In this document: positions 20,518 through 31,800 of the stretch, in pieces | How positions within the stretch are numbered: position 1 is the stretch's first letter | Layout: every line of letters begins with the position of its first letter | Source of the DNA: an uncultured Candidatus Saccharibacteria bacterium | GTDB lineage: Bacteria > Patescibacteriota > Minisyncoccia > UBA6257 > JACOXY01 | DNA length: 64,000 bases | Assembly (NCBI GenBank): GCA_964357615.1 | Contig: CAYHMC010000002.1 | Location: 71,481 to 135,480 of the forward strand | Direction: 5' to 3' | The notes under the pieces: generated by a model | The model's input: the letters and a program-made list of their open reading frames with translations, nothing else | The model's database searches: none | Told to the model about the DNA's origin: nothing | Translations under genes and position numbers: made by a program

Positions 20518-21774
20518 TTAATCTTTAATAATTCTCGGCATATTTGGAAGCGGAACAATATATGTTCCCTTAAATCCAAATTCTGAAGACAAATATTTAA
20601 CAACTTCGTCAGTAAAATTCCAAGCCATAAGAAAAATTGCGGTAGGCTGTTCACTCATAACAACTTCTGGACTCTCAATTAAAATATGACTTCCTGCGGT
20701 ATAAAGTTTTTGTTTAAGTTCGTTTTTATCAGCAACCATTGCTACAGTAGAAGAATCGATACCACAAAAATTAAGCAAAGTAGAACTTCTGGCTGAGGCA
20801 CCATACCCCATAATTTTTCCACCAGACTTTTGAATTTCTTTTAAAATATTATTTAATTTTTCTTTATGAACAATTGAATCACTCGCAAATTTATTCCAAG
20901 ATTCAAATTTGTTAATGCCCATATCTTCCTCCATCTTTCGAAAATTTATTAAATTCTCAGTTTCGACTGTTTTTGTTTTTTTAGCAAAAACGATTATAGA
21001 TCCTCCACTTATAGGACTCTTAGCAATATCAAACAAATAAAGTCCTTGTTTGTTTAATAAATTCTCCAAGCTTTTCAATGTGAAATAACAAAGATGCTCG
21101 TGATATATAGAGTCATAATGTAATTCTTCTAAAATTATCTTTGCATAGTGAGCTTCAACAGCCACTATGCCATCCTCACCCACGGAAGTTGCTAAGCCAG
21201 CCACAAAATCTTTGGTATTTGCAACATGAGGCAATACATTTCTAGCAAAGACAGCAGAAGCTTTACCTTTTCTAGAAGTAACCTCACTAGCCACTACATT
21301 TCCAAAAAAAGAACATTCAGTAGGAATTCCATCTTTTACTGCAATATCAGCAATATTTCGCGCTGGGTCTATTCCTAAAACCTTATAACCACGATTAACG
21401 AACGGCTTTAAAAAAGTACCATCATTTGAAGCGATTTCCATAATATAGCCATCTTTATTTTCTTTGATTTGCTTTATAAGATTATCCGCAAATGTTTCAG
21501 AAAAATCTTTTGCCACACCAGATGTTCCCGTTACCCACACATAATTGCTAAACAATATTTTTGGGTCAATCGTATGGTTTAGTTGAACTAAACTACAATC
21601 GTTACAAAAACTAAGCGATAGAGGATATTTTTTTTCAAATTCATCCTTGCTTTTAAGCAATGAATTTGCAAGTGGTTGGTCGCCCAAATCAAAAAAGGGA
21701 GTTATTGAGGCTGACCCACAAGCTCGACATTCTGAAATTTTTGACACTTCATTGTATGATGTATTATTTTCCAT
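20518..21774 (-). CDS. Sugar C-methyltransferase (TylC3-like, N-terminal zinc-binding domain plus class I MTase)
   Basis: CRACGS...CNDCSLVQ zinc ribbon followed by methyltransferase and C-methyltransferase C-terminal region. Confidence 0.7.
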   Translation of the reverse strand: MENNTSYNEVSKISECRACGSASITPFFDLGDQPLANSLLKSKDEFEKKYPLSLSFCNDCSLVQLNHTIDPKILFSNYVWVTGTSGVAKDFSETFADNLIKQIKENKDGYIMEIASNDGTFLKPFVNRGYKVLGIDPARNIADIAVKDGIPTECSFFGNVVASEVTSRKGKASAVFARNVLPHVANTKDFVAGLATSVGEDGIVAVEAHYAKIILEELHYDSIYHEHLCYFTLKSLENLLNKQGLYLFDIAKSPISGGSIIVFAKKTKTVETENLINFRKMEEDMGINKFESWNKFASDSIVHKEKLNNILKEIQKSGGKIMGYGASARSSTLLNFCGIDSSTVAMVADKNELKQKLYTAGSHILIESPEVVMSEQPTAIFLMAWNFTDEVVKYLSSEFGFKGTYIVPLPNMPRIIKD

Positions 21775-21828
21775 TTTTTATTCTCTATATATTAAAACTT
21801 TTTAATGAATTAAGCAAAACTAAAATAT

Positions 21829-22239
21829 TCAATCCACTGTTTTAAAAGTATAATTTTTGTGACTATAAAAGCTAAAGCCAGCAATTGACGCAAGAGCAAA
21901 TAATTTAGCATAAATATACCAAAGTCCAAAATTTTCAACTAACAAATACATTATAATTTGATTTGCTAGTAGTCCTGTTGTTGCAACAGTTAAAAATATG
22001 GAAAATTGCGAAAACAAACGCTTACTTTTATTTTTAAAATTAAATACCTTATTAAGTGAAAAATTAACAGTAACACTTATTACATATGAAATTGCAGCTG
22101 AGTATAAATACCAAATTCCCACAATGGTTGTTAGCGCGTAAAGAATTCCTAAATCGACCACAACGGCGATGCCAGCAAAGAAAGCATATCCGAAAAATAA
22201 TTTTATGTTATCTTGAATTATTTTAGTTATTTTTTCCAT
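21829..22239 (-). CDS. GtrA-family membrane protein (polyprenyl-P-sugar flippase component)
   Basis: 136 aa, 4 TM helices, GtrA-like. Confidence 0.7.
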   Translation of the reverse strand: MEKITKIIQDNIKLFFGYAFFAGIAVVVDLGILYALTTIVGIWYLYSAAISYVISVTVNFSLNKVFNFKNKSKRLFSQFSIFLTVATTGLLANQIIMYLLVENFGLWYIYAKLFALASIAGFSFYSHKNYTFKTVD

Positions 22240-22288
22240 ATTTTAAATTACTGCTAAAAGGTAAAAAATATTACAATGTCCGAAACTA

Positions 22289-24097
22289 TTATAACAACTT
22301 TTCTGCGACCTTCATTGCCCAAACGCGAGACCAATGCGTGCCAGCATTTAAACTATTTTCAGTACCAGAAATTGATTTGTTGTCGCCTAACCATTCCTTA
22401 AACGGAAATGTAAAACCCATTTTGGGGCGATTATAAATTGCTTTCGGCAAATCTAGAGAAAGCGCATCAATTAAAAGTTGTTTTTTATATTTACCATCTA
22501 ATTTCAGTGCTACTGGGAGTGAGCTTAAATATTCTACCAGAATATGATCTAAAAATGGCACCCTGATTTCAATTGAATGATACATCGCCATAAAATCTGA
22601 ATCTTTAAGAAGTTGATTTTGAAGATAAAACTTGAGTTCTAAATATGAAAGTAGATTTGCTGGATGTAATTTATTTATAGCACCTGAAGACAACTCATAA
22701 ATTTCAGAAATTGATGCGATATAATCATAAACTTCTTTTTCAGAAATTTTTAATATTTTAGCTACCATCTTAGGCGCGAATAATCCACGAATAGACAGAT
22801 AAAAATTAAGTGGGTCGTTATATTTAAGATAATTTAATTTAGAATATCTATCTCCTAGGTTGCTAAATAATGTAAGTGGTAATTGAGTTATGAAATTAAA
22901 TTTCTGGATTTGTCTTAAAAACTTAGCTTTTTTGAAACTATTATACCCAAAAAATACTTCATCGGCTCCAAGTCCAGAAAGAACGGCTTTTAATCCTGCT
23001 TTCTTTGCCGCTTCTGCAACAAAATAAGTGTTAACCCCATCAATAGTTGGCTCATCCATAGCTTCCCAAACATTACCTAGCGAATTCTCAAAGTCTTCTT
23101 TTCGAACATTGTATTCATGATGTTCGCTTTTTATTTGTTTAGAAATAATTTCTTGATATTTTTTTTCAGAGTACGCTTCTTCATCAAAAGTAATTGATAA
23201 AGTTGTAAGCGATTCCTTCCTAATTTTAGAAGCCATTATCGAAAGTGCGCTTGAGTCTACTCCTCCACTCAAAAAAACTCCAAGTGGCGCATCGCTAATC
23301 ATATGAAGCCTAACTGATTCTGAAAGTAAATCTCTAACTTTATTACTTTCAAGTAATGCATTATTTTGATTATTTTCAGATTTATTTTCGCAAAAATAAT
23401 CCAATGGGTCATAATATTTTACAATTTTATCATTCCCATTTAAGTCTCTCTCTAAATAGTGTCCGGCAGGAACTCCGAATATATTTTTAACTGAAGTCTG
23501 TGGCATTGGTATAGAACCAAACAACAAAAAACCTATGGGTGCAGTTTTATTTTTAGAAACTTCAATAATTCCACTCGACTTAAGTGCTTTTACGGTGGAT
23601 GCAAATACAATTTTTTCAACATCAGAAAAATAGTATAGTGGCTTAATGCCGTAACGATCTTTAACTAAATAAAGTTTTTTATGTTTATCATCCCAAAGAC
23701 CAAAAGCAAACATTCCGCGAAGTTTACTGAATGATTCTACTCCCCACACATCATAGGCACACAAAATCACCTCTGTGTCAGTTTTAGTACGAAATTGATA
23801 ACCTTTTTTCTGAAGTTCTGCGCGTAATTCCAAAAAATTATAAATTTCTCCGTTAAAAGTAATCCAATTTTCATAATTTTTAGAGCGACTACTACACTTC
23901 ATAGGCTGATGTCCAGCACTCGACAAATCTTGAAAAGAAAGACGCGTATGCCCAAAAACCAAATTCAAATTTTCATTCAATAAAAAACCGCGGTCATCTG
24001 GACCACGACGGCTATGAGCTAAATTCATACGCTCAATTATTTCCTCCAATTCCTTGCCTTTTCTACCATTTATTATTGCGCCAGAGATTCCACACAT
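22289..24097 (-). CDS. asnB: Asparagine synthase (glutamine-hydrolysing) family amidotransferase, likely glycan-amidating (WbpS-like)
   Basis: MCGISGAI N-terminal nucleophile Cys, SGGVDSS PP-loop. Confidence 0.85.
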   Translation of the reverse strand: MCGISGAIINGRKGKELEEIIERMNLAHSRRGPDDRGFLLNENLNLVFGHTRLSFQDLSSAGHQPMKCSSRSKNYENWITFNGEIYNFLELRAELQKKGYQFRTKTDTEVILCAYDVWGVESFSKLRGMFAFGLWDDKHKKLYLVKDRYGIKPLYYFSDVEKIVFASTVKALKSSGIIEVSKNKTAPIGFLLFGSIPMPQTSVKNIFGVPAGHYLERDLNGNDKIVKYYDPLDYFCENKSENNQNNALLESNKVRDLLSESVRLHMISDAPLGVFLSGGVDSSALSIMASKIRKESLTTLSITFDEEAYSEKKYQEIISKQIKSEHHEYNVRKEDFENSLGNVWEAMDEPTIDGVNTYFVAEAAKKAGLKAVLSGLGADEVFFGYNSFKKAKFLRQIQKFNFITQLPLTLFSNLGDRYSKLNYLKYNDPLNFYLSIRGLFAPKMVAKILKISEKEVYDYIASISEIYELSSGAINKLHPANLLSYLELKFYLQNQLLKDSDFMAMYHSIEIRVPFLDHILVEYLSSLPVALKLDGKYKKQLLIDALSLDLPKAIYNRPKMGFTFPFKEWLGDNKSISGTENSLNAGTHWSRVWAMKVAEKLL

Positions 24098-24139
24098 AAC
24101 CTTATTAAAGCATCAAAATAAAGCCATGTTAAGGCCTTT

Positions 24140-24748
24140 CTATTTCATTTTGCTTATAATTTCAGTAACTCGATTATCATCATAAACTTCTATAATCCTA
24201 TCTCCAAGCAAGTTAGCTCCGGCTTTATCTCCGACTAAAACATATAAATCAAAGAGGGTATAAAGAAATATTTGCCTGTCTGGGCTATGTTTTAAACCAA
24301 GCTGATATAATGTCACTGCTTTGTCGTAATGTTTTTTATCATTTAAGACTAGGGCTACATCACGATTAATTGTGGCGTAATTATAAATTATTTGACTAAA
24401 ACTAAAACCAGTTCCTCTTTCTATAATTGGCTCAGCCCATTTTTCGGCATTACTCGCTAAGTATTTAATGATTTCTAAGTTTGGTTTTTCTTTGCCCTTC
24501 TCTTGATTTATAAGACTCGAAATTAAATCTAAATAATTTGAAACTAATTCGTCTTGCCCAACAGGAGAATTAGTCGATAAAATTCCGTCATATAAATCGT
24601 TAAATTGTTTTATATCATTAACTTCGGTTTGGCGAGCTCTTATATAAATACTTGCCTTATGAAACGGCAATAACGAACCATAGTAAATAAGTCCGACTAA
24701 AAAAATCGAAAGTAAAATTGAAATTATTTGACGATATAATTGATTCAT
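24140..24748 (-). CDS. Hypothetical membrane-anchored protein
   Basis: N-terminal TM helix, 202 aa, no recognisable catalytic motif. Confidence 0.4.
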   Translation of the reverse strand: MNQLYRQIISILLSIFLVGLIYYGSLLPFHKASIYIRARQTEVNDIKQFNDLYDGILSTNSPVGQDELVSNYLDLISSLINQEKGKEKPNLEIIKYLASNAEKWAEPIIERGTGFSFSQIIYNYATINRDVALVLNDKKHYDKAVTLYQLGLKHSPDRQIFLYTLFDLYVLVGDKAGANLLGDRIIEVYDDNRVTEIISKMK

Positions 24749-24764
24749 ATTTTATACTTAAAAA

Positions 24765-26147
24765 TTATTTTCCCTGATTTAATTTCCATTCTACAAAAGC
24801 CAAAAACAAGAACAGATTTATATAAATTGGAAGAACATCGAATAAAACAATGCCCTGAACAAGATACGCTATTGGAACAGCAAAAATTAATGCCCTAACT
24901 ATTGAAAGTTGTAAATCGCTTAAGTCAGAAATTGATCCATATTTTTTATGGTCAACTACATGATGCTTATCGTTAATTTCAAATTTATTTTTCCAATGTT
25001 TTTTAAAGAATTGAAAATACAATACTGCAAATATTCCAACAAAAGCTGATAACCCCATAATGCCACTGAAAACTAAATAATCGAAGAAAATATTATGTGC
25101 TCTGTCAAACCAAACAGTGTGTACTGGATTATAATATTTTTCAAAAGCAATACTGAAATTTTCTGGTCCCCATCCAAAAATTGGCCTTTCTTTCCAGGCT
25201 TCAATTGCCTGCCCCCAAAGCGCAAAACGAGTATTGATGGTAGCTCCACTTATTGAAACATCTAAAATACGGTTAGCCCCTGCACCACACCAAGGAGCAA
25301 GATTAATATGTTGTCTAAAATAAATACCACTTAACCCCAACCCGACAAGACCAAGTGCCATTAAAAATGCATAGATTCTCCATTTATGCTTAGGGAGCGA
25401 AAAAGACATATAAAACATTCCCAAAATAGTTCCCGCTCCCAAACCCAAAAAACCACCCCTCGTTTGAGACAATGTTAAAAATGCGAAAAAGAATAATACT
25501 AAAAGAATTAAAAATGGAAGTATGATGGTTTTCCAATTCTTAGACTTCCAATTTCCAGATGCAATAAAATACATAACATAAAATAAAAGGAAAATGGACA
25601 ATGTTCCAATATAAGCTGGATTTCCTAAAGAACCCGCAAATCTATCACAAATATCATTACCAACCACCCCCCTCACATTCATGGCGCCTAATATTCCGTA
25701 GAACATAACAAAAATTCCAGAAATTATGGACAATCTAAAAATATGTCTCCAATCTTTTTCATTAGAAAAAAGTGCTAGTAATAAAATAAAATATACATAA
25801 AAATGCAACATTAAAAATGAACCTTCGCCTCTTTCAAAGTTTGACCAAAAAGACGCACTTGGGTTTACACCAGTAAAACCAGAAAGTGTAAACAAAAAAA
25901 CAAATGCTGTAACAGCAATAACCAAGGGACTCTTAAACCAATCAAACAATAACTTCTTTAAATCTAGCTTATTAGAGCTAAACCCTATGCCAAGTATAAA
26001 AGATATAAGAGCAAGTTCAATAACTATTTTAAAAAATGTATATTTCCCAACTATAAAAGGAAATAGCGTCGAAGTGCTAACTATAACAAGACTAAACGGG
26101 GCAATAAAAAGAAGAATTTTTGAAAAATTAAATAAATTTGAATGCAT
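24765..26147 (-). CDS. O-antigen ligase (Wzy_C) family membrane protein, candidate O-oligosaccharyltransferase
   Basis: 460 aa, ~10 TM, large periplasmic loop typical of Wzy_C/PglL-like. Confidence 0.6.
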   Translation of the reverse strand: MHSNLFNFSKILLFIAPFSLVIVSTSTLFPFIVGKYTFFKIVIELALISFILGIGFSSNKLDLKKLLFDWFKSPLVIAVTAFVFLFTLSGFTGVNPSASFWSNFERGEGSFLMLHFYVYFILLLALFSNEKDWRHIFRLSIISGIFVMFYGILGAMNVRGVVGNDICDRFAGSLGNPAYIGTLSIFLLFYVMYFIASGNWKSKNWKTIILPFLILLVLFFFAFLTLSQTRGGFLGLGAGTILGMFYMSFSLPKHKWRIYAFLMALGLVGLGLSGIYFRQHINLAPWCGAGANRILDVSISGATINTRFALWGQAIEAWKERPIFGWGPENFSIAFEKYYNPVHTVWFDRAHNIFFDYLVFSGIMGLSAFVGIFAVLYFQFFKKHWKNKFEINDKHHVVDHKKYGSISDLSDLQLSIVRALIFAVPIAYLVQGIVLFDVLPIYINLFLFLAFVEWKLNQGK

Positions 26148-26179
26148 ATATTATGCTTTTAAATAACTATTTACGATAT

Positions 26180-28540
26180 TTATATGTTCTTAAGTATATC
26201 CCATTCATTTTTCTCTGCCAAATCTATAAAAATCTCCATATCATCCTTTAAGTCACTGAACTTTGTTAGATATTTTGCTGTAAGAATAAAATTTTCTTTA
26301 TCTTGTTTGTCTCTAAAATCTACCAAAGCATTTCGATAATAATTCCTATCAAATTCATATGGTATTTCATTTCTTATACTTTTTTTAATAAGCTCGAGAA
26401 CTTTATCACCTTCTCCAAACGAAGTGTAAAGCAAAATTAAACTGTTAAAATCTGAACCGAAAAAATTATTGTAAGATGGTTTAATTTCTTCTACTTTCTT
26501 AAGCGCTTCTTTTGATTTTTGAGTTTCGTTAGAAATAGCATAAATTACTGCCGCATTCATATAGCTCCTAGGAACATCCGGACTAAGGGCTATGGCTTTC
26601 TCCGAAACTTCCATGGCGTCAGCGAACTTATCTTGTCCCACTAAACTGAATGCTAAATGATAATATAAATCTTGTCTTTTTGGTGACCTCTCTATTGCAT
26701 CAAGCATGAGTTTTTCTATCTGACTGTTAATTTCAGATACCTTTGGGTCTCCATCTTCGTAAGTTCGTGCAATTTCAGCAAGCATTTGTCCTTCACGAAT
26801 ATGAAAGCGAACATCGTAAGGCTCAACTTCAACCACCTCATGAATAGATTTTACGAGCAAGTCAGTAAGTTTTGAGAAAGATTTTTCAGATAAAATTCTC
26901 TGGTTATAAAAATAATTTTGCATATAAAGCGCATCTATACCTGACCCGCGTAGAGATGTTTGCGCAAAATTATATGGATAAAGTGCGGTGTTTAATAACT
27001 CATAAGTTCTCTCGATGTCTTTGCCTTTTGGAGAAGTCATATAAAGCTTTGCTTGGGCATATGGAATTAGGTTGAAATAATACAAAGAAGCAACCATGGT
27101 AATTCCAACTATCAAAGATAAGCCAATAACAACAAGCCCTTCATTGGCCTTTCTTAAAGTTAATGAGCTTGAATTAATCCCTTTATCTCCCTCAGCATAC
27201 GCAACAATAAAAGCAAACAAACAAAAGAAAGTAATGTTAGAAATAATTTGGTCAAACAAAAATAAATTCTGGACAAAATAAGCAGTGACTCCAGCCATAA
27301 GAACAATGGATAAGGCAATATTTTCTTTATAAATACGCTTTAAAATAAAATAAAAAATAGAGGAAATAAAACCCAAATACAGAATAAGCCCTAATAACCC
27401 CTGCATAACTAATACATCAAAGAGTTTATTATGAGCCCTATCCAGCCAAGTATCTCCATAATTAGAATATGCTGGGTCATAATATTTTTCATAGGCATTT
27501 AAATAATTTTCAGGCCCCCAACCAAATAATGGCCTTTCTTTAAAGGCCTCATAACTTACGCCCCAAGTAAGCAGACGAAACTGTGTCGACGAATCACTTA
27601 GCGAAAAAGCTTTTGTATTCGCTAACCTATTTAATCCAGGAATGCCTTTCCAGATATCTGCATTTCTTGTTCCAAAAAATAATAGGCCAAATGCGATAAA
27701 AATAATAAGCAAATATCTGCTAAAATTTTTCAAAGAATAGTTACTGAGAAATATATTTTTTTTGCTAAATGATAAGTAAAACAAAATGAACAAAAGACCA
27801 ATTCCAGCCCCCAAAATAGCTCCACGAGTTCCCGTTAAAAAAATTGTTGTTAGAAATAACGCCAAAAAAATAATTAAAATGTAAATGTGGTTTTTCTTTC
27901 CGTGCACTATACTAAGTCTCATTTTTTTACCATCTACATCGCTTTTCAAAAACAACGAAATTAATGATGCCCCAAAAATCATTATGAAAATTAGATGCGT
28001 TGCAAGAAACGCAGGATTTCCAATTGTTGAAGTTGCGCGCCCCTGAAAATCTATAGTTGGGTTTATAAATTGGTAAAAAGAGTGAAGTGATAAAAATAAA
28101 CCGGAAAGCAAAAATATTGCTAAATATCTAACCCAATCTTTTTTTTCAAAAACTAAATACAAAAGTAAAAAATAGGCTACGAAGTGAAGCATACCAAAAA
28201 CTCCTTCACCGCGCTCAAAAGACCCCCAAAACGCTCTATAGATATTATCTGCAAATAAAGTACTTACAACATAAGAAAGCAAGTATAAAGTTAAAAATAT
28301 GGAAATCGGATTTTTATACAGTGACTTAAAACGACTATATGTTGCTTTTTTTACATCACTTGAAGCTAATGAGATATAAACAACAAATAGTAATACAGCA
28401 ACTTCTACCAGAGCTCGAAAAAGTATTATTCTGGGCAGAGTTAATGGCAAAATTACGCTACTTGAATAAAATAAAGCCGCAAAAGGAATAGATAAAAGGA
28501 TTATTTTAATAAGAAAACGGTTCACTCCTAGGATAAACAT
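26180..28540 (-). CDS. O-antigen ligase (Wzy_C)-like membrane domain fused to C-terminal TPR repeats
   Basis: 786 aa. N-terminal polytopic region similar to 24765-26147 protein. C-terminal TPR-like helical repeats. Confidence 0.6.
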   Translation of the reverse strand: MFILGVNRFLIKIILLSIPFAALFYSSSVILPLTLPRIILFRALVEVAVLLFVVYISLASSDVKKATYSRFKSLYKNPISIFLTLYLLSYVVSTLFADNIYRAFWGSFERGEGVFGMLHFVAYFLLLYLVFEKKDWVRYLAIFLLSGLFLSLHSFYQFINPTIDFQGRATSTIGNPAFLATHLIFIMIFGASLISLFLKSDVDGKKMRLSIVHGKKNHIYILIIFLALFLTTIFLTGTRGAILGAGIGLLFILFYLSFSKKNIFLSNYSLKNFSRYLLIIFIAFGLLFFGTRNADIWKGIPGLNRLANTKAFSLSDSSTQFRLLTWGVSYEAFKERPLFGWGPENYLNAYEKYYDPAYSNYGDTWLDRAHNKLFDVLVMQGLLGLILYLGFISSIFYFILKRIYKENIALSIVLMAGVTAYFVQNLFLFDQIISNITFFCLFAFIVAYAEGDKGINSSSLTLRKANEGLVVIGLSLIVGITMVASLYYFNLIPYAQAKLYMTSPKGKDIERTYELLNTALYPYNFAQTSLRGSGIDALYMQNYFYNQRILSEKSFSKLTDLLVKSIHEVVEVEPYDVRFHIREGQMLAEIARTYEDGDPKVSEINSQIEKLMLDAIERSPKRQDLYYHLAFSLVGQDKFADAMEVSEKAIALSPDVPRSYMNAAVIYAISNETQKSKEALKKVEEIKPSYNNFFGSDFNSLILLYTSFGEGDKVLELIKKSIRNEIPYEFDRNYYRNALVDFRDKQDKENFILTAKYLTKFSDLKDDMEIFIDLAEKNEWDILKNI

Positions 28541-28649
28541 ATAGAGACAATAATAAGCTTTTACTCACAATTTTTCAAATAAGAGTTCCTCTATTTTATC
28601 ACGCAGAACCGTCCTCAATTTTTTCCAGCGAAAAATTGGGACTTGGCTC

Positions 28650-28669
28650 CCTGCCTGCCGGCAGGCAGG
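28650..28669. promoter_or_regulatory. Perfect 20-bp GC-rich palindrome CCTGCCTGCCGGCAGGCAGG in intergenic region
   Basis: Read directly. Lies between terminator of surface protein gene and start of 26180-28540 gene. Confidence 0.35.
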
Positions 28670-28765
28670 TCGGCACAAAAATCCACCTAAGAGATGGAAC
28701 CAATCTTTTTGTGTCTAGGGGACACTTCTGCTTAAATAAAGCGCCGGAACAAATTAAGTCAAGGC

Positions 28766-28800
28766 TAAAAACAAAAGAGCCCCGCAAGCGGGGCTCTTTG
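28766..28800 (-). terminator. Rho-independent terminator of surface protein gene
   Basis: GAGCCCCGC-AAGC-GGGGCTC hairpin flanked by A-run/T-run, directly 3' of stop at 28828. Confidence 0.6.
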
Positions 28801-28827
28801 TTACCTGATAAGCATTCTCAAGATGCG

Positions 28828-31800
28828 TTATCGTGTAATTGTGACGGAATCTGATGGAAGTTGTTGCACTAACACGCTGTTTGCCCAATCTGCAGTCAAT
28901 TCTGTGTGAGCAGATACTGAGTAATCTGACCATACAAATGAATCTGATGCATCGTGAGCGCCCGATGTCAAAGCAATATCTCCATAAGTGCCGGTTGTTG
29001 CCGTAGTTTCAGCGCGATGTAGGTTAGTTGATACAGCTGCAGTTGCAGTTCCACCAACGATACCACTCACATCAGCCAATACAACGTACTCCTGTGAACT
29101 ACCAGCAGCAATTTCTTCTGCTGACGAAAGCACTATGGTTAAGTAACCTGTTGTGCCATTCTGTGGGTCAAGAGTCTGCGTTGACGTTGCGCCAGTTTCT
29201 GATGTTGCCATAAATGCTGAAGCAAGTGTCAAGTTTGTCTGTGAACCAGTAGTCCTTCTGATAAATACGTTAGCGGAAGTAGCTGCAGTGATTGATGCTC
29301 CTGTTACAGAGATTTTCAACTGCACTTTCTTCCACGCTACCTGACCAGAACCATTAGCCGCAACTGTAAACTTGATTATCTTCTTAGATCCTACGCCAAG
29401 TGTATCCAAGCCACTGCCTGATACAGAAAGTGTTGGCTTTGTCTTGTAGACAATCTTTTGATTTCCAGATGCTGCTGAAATAGAGACATCTTTTGCAGTT
29501 TGTCCTTGTGCTTCAAATCCTGCTGCCATTATGTGCGCATAAAGATTTGTACCAAAGTCTGCTCCAGAACCACTCTGACCAATAGCTGGGATAACTCCCT
29601 TAACCGTTAAGACTTTAGAAACATCCTTCGTAATTACCATACCAAGGTTTTCAACAATGGCGATAGAAGACGATGCGCCCGAAGCCTGAACAGAGTAACC
29701 AGAAGTTGCTCCAATTTGTGTACTACCAACAAACAACTTAATTGCTGTAACATCATCTGTTGTAGCAGTTGTTGTTGCTGTCTGGCTAGTAGAAGAGCTT
29801 ACCAAAATATGAAGTTTATTAACTGTCATATCTTCGTTTGTGGTATCGAATTTAAAGTTAGCAAGAATTACTTCTTGGCCAGCCATTACGAGACCAGCTT
29901 CTGAATCAGAATTATCAGCTGCTTTAACAACAGTAACATTTCCAACAGTTGTAACAGTTACGAGAACTGTCTGAACTCCGTTTGGATTTGTTCCAGATGG
30001 AGTAACAGTATTACCGTTTGAATCAACTGCGCTAACATCGGTTGTGATGTCAGAAATCTTAACCACAAACACATCGGTGTCGGTCATATCGTTTGAGATA
30101 CTTCCTTTAACTACAAGTGTTTTGGTTTCACCCTTGGCGATTGAAAGATTCAATCCATTGAATGTTGCTGTTAAATCAGACGAATCCAATGATTTGGTAT
30201 CTCCAATCTGAGTGTCGCCATCATAAAGCTTGAGGTTAGTCACTTCGCCAGAGGTTAATGTACCAGTGGTTGATGATGCCTTAATCTTTATGGAGCTAAC
30301 TTTAACTGTGTCAGCTGTTGCTCGCAAGCTAATTCCAACCAAATTCTTGTTCGCTGAACCTTGTACTAAGGTTTGAGAAGAAGGATCGGATGAAAGCTGA
30401 ACTTCAAGAGCTGGAGTCTGAACTGTATGTTGGTTTCCAGAAATATTAGTGCTTGGCACTATTGCTCCAGTTGCAACAAATTGGTTGTTATCCAAGTTCT
30501 TGATGTCGGAAGCTCCGAATGCAGCGAGTTTAACAGTGATTGTATCACCATTGTCATTTTGTGGATCAATGTCAGCTGTTATCTTAAATGTCTTTGAAGT
30601 TCCGGCTGCCATTGTAAACACATCAGTGAAAACTTGATTCGTTGATGTAACATTTCCGCTTATATCAACCGCGCTAGTTACAACGCTGTTATTTGATGTA
30701 TCCCAAATCTTCAAGTCATTAAATCCTTCTCCTGAGATAAGATTTGTGGTTGAAGCATCTACTCTCCAGTTTCTGATTTCAATTGAATTCTTAGTTGCAA
30801 TTGTGAAGTTGAATAATTCAACATCTGTAGCATTTACAGCTACATCACCAGAAATAGGACCGTTGAATGTGATTGTTACATCACCTCCCTTTAGTTCAAC
30901 TGTTTGAGCTTCTGAAGATGAATCAAGGTTTGAAATATCATTCATGATGTTAAAGCCATAAGTTAAACCTTTTGCCTTAATATCTGAAGATGCATCAAAA
31001 TACATCTTAATTTGATCACCAGACCTTGCTGTTCCTGCAACATTTGCATAGAGCTTAAAGGTCTTGTTTTGTCCCTTCTCTATTTTAAGAGGAGAAGCCA
31101 ATACGAGTGTTACTAAATCTTTTGCGCCAATTGAAGCTGCTGTTGCAACTGTTACATCATTTTGTTTCAAAACAAAACTTGATAAATTGGCGTTTGAGAT
31201 TGAACCACCCTGTGTCATAGCAATAGATTCAACATTGATATCTTCTGCACCTGACACTGTAATCTTAAATTCTGCTACTTGAACATTTGAAGCTCCTACG
31301 GTCGAACTTGAAAGTGCGCTAGCTACAATTGTAGTTGTCGCAACTCCAGATGTTTGACCTCCAATTTTCATAACATTACCCATAAGAGTTCCGCTTATAG
31401 AAGGAGTTCCGTCTGATGCAGAAAGTTGGAATGTATGCTCGTTACCAGCAGTTGCGGCTGATGCAACATCAATGGCAAGCCACAATGTGCGTGTTCCAGA
31501 AACTGAAAGTGCGAGATTAATAAAGGAAACTTCGTTTGTTGTTGAATTAATACTTCTACCAGAAGTTAATCGGGTTGCTCCTTCGTAGAGATATACATTT
31601 GAGACATCGGAGTTTGCTCCAATACCTGTTCTCTTAAAGGTTAATCCGTTTAATACTCCATTACCCATCACATTAAATTTCAAAACAGAAACTGCTGATG
31701 CACCCTTTGGCACTGTTGCGCTCATTGGGTTGTCAGAAGCTACCATTAATGAAAGATTTGTTCCTGGTACTGGGGTTGTTCCTGGTGTTGGTGTTACTAC

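Noticed and set aside
28599-28854. 62- and 72-aa ORFs in the 28541-28827 intergenic region
   Set aside because: They span the palindrome and terminator hairpin. Translation is Arg/Gly-rich, typical of GC-rich structural DNA.
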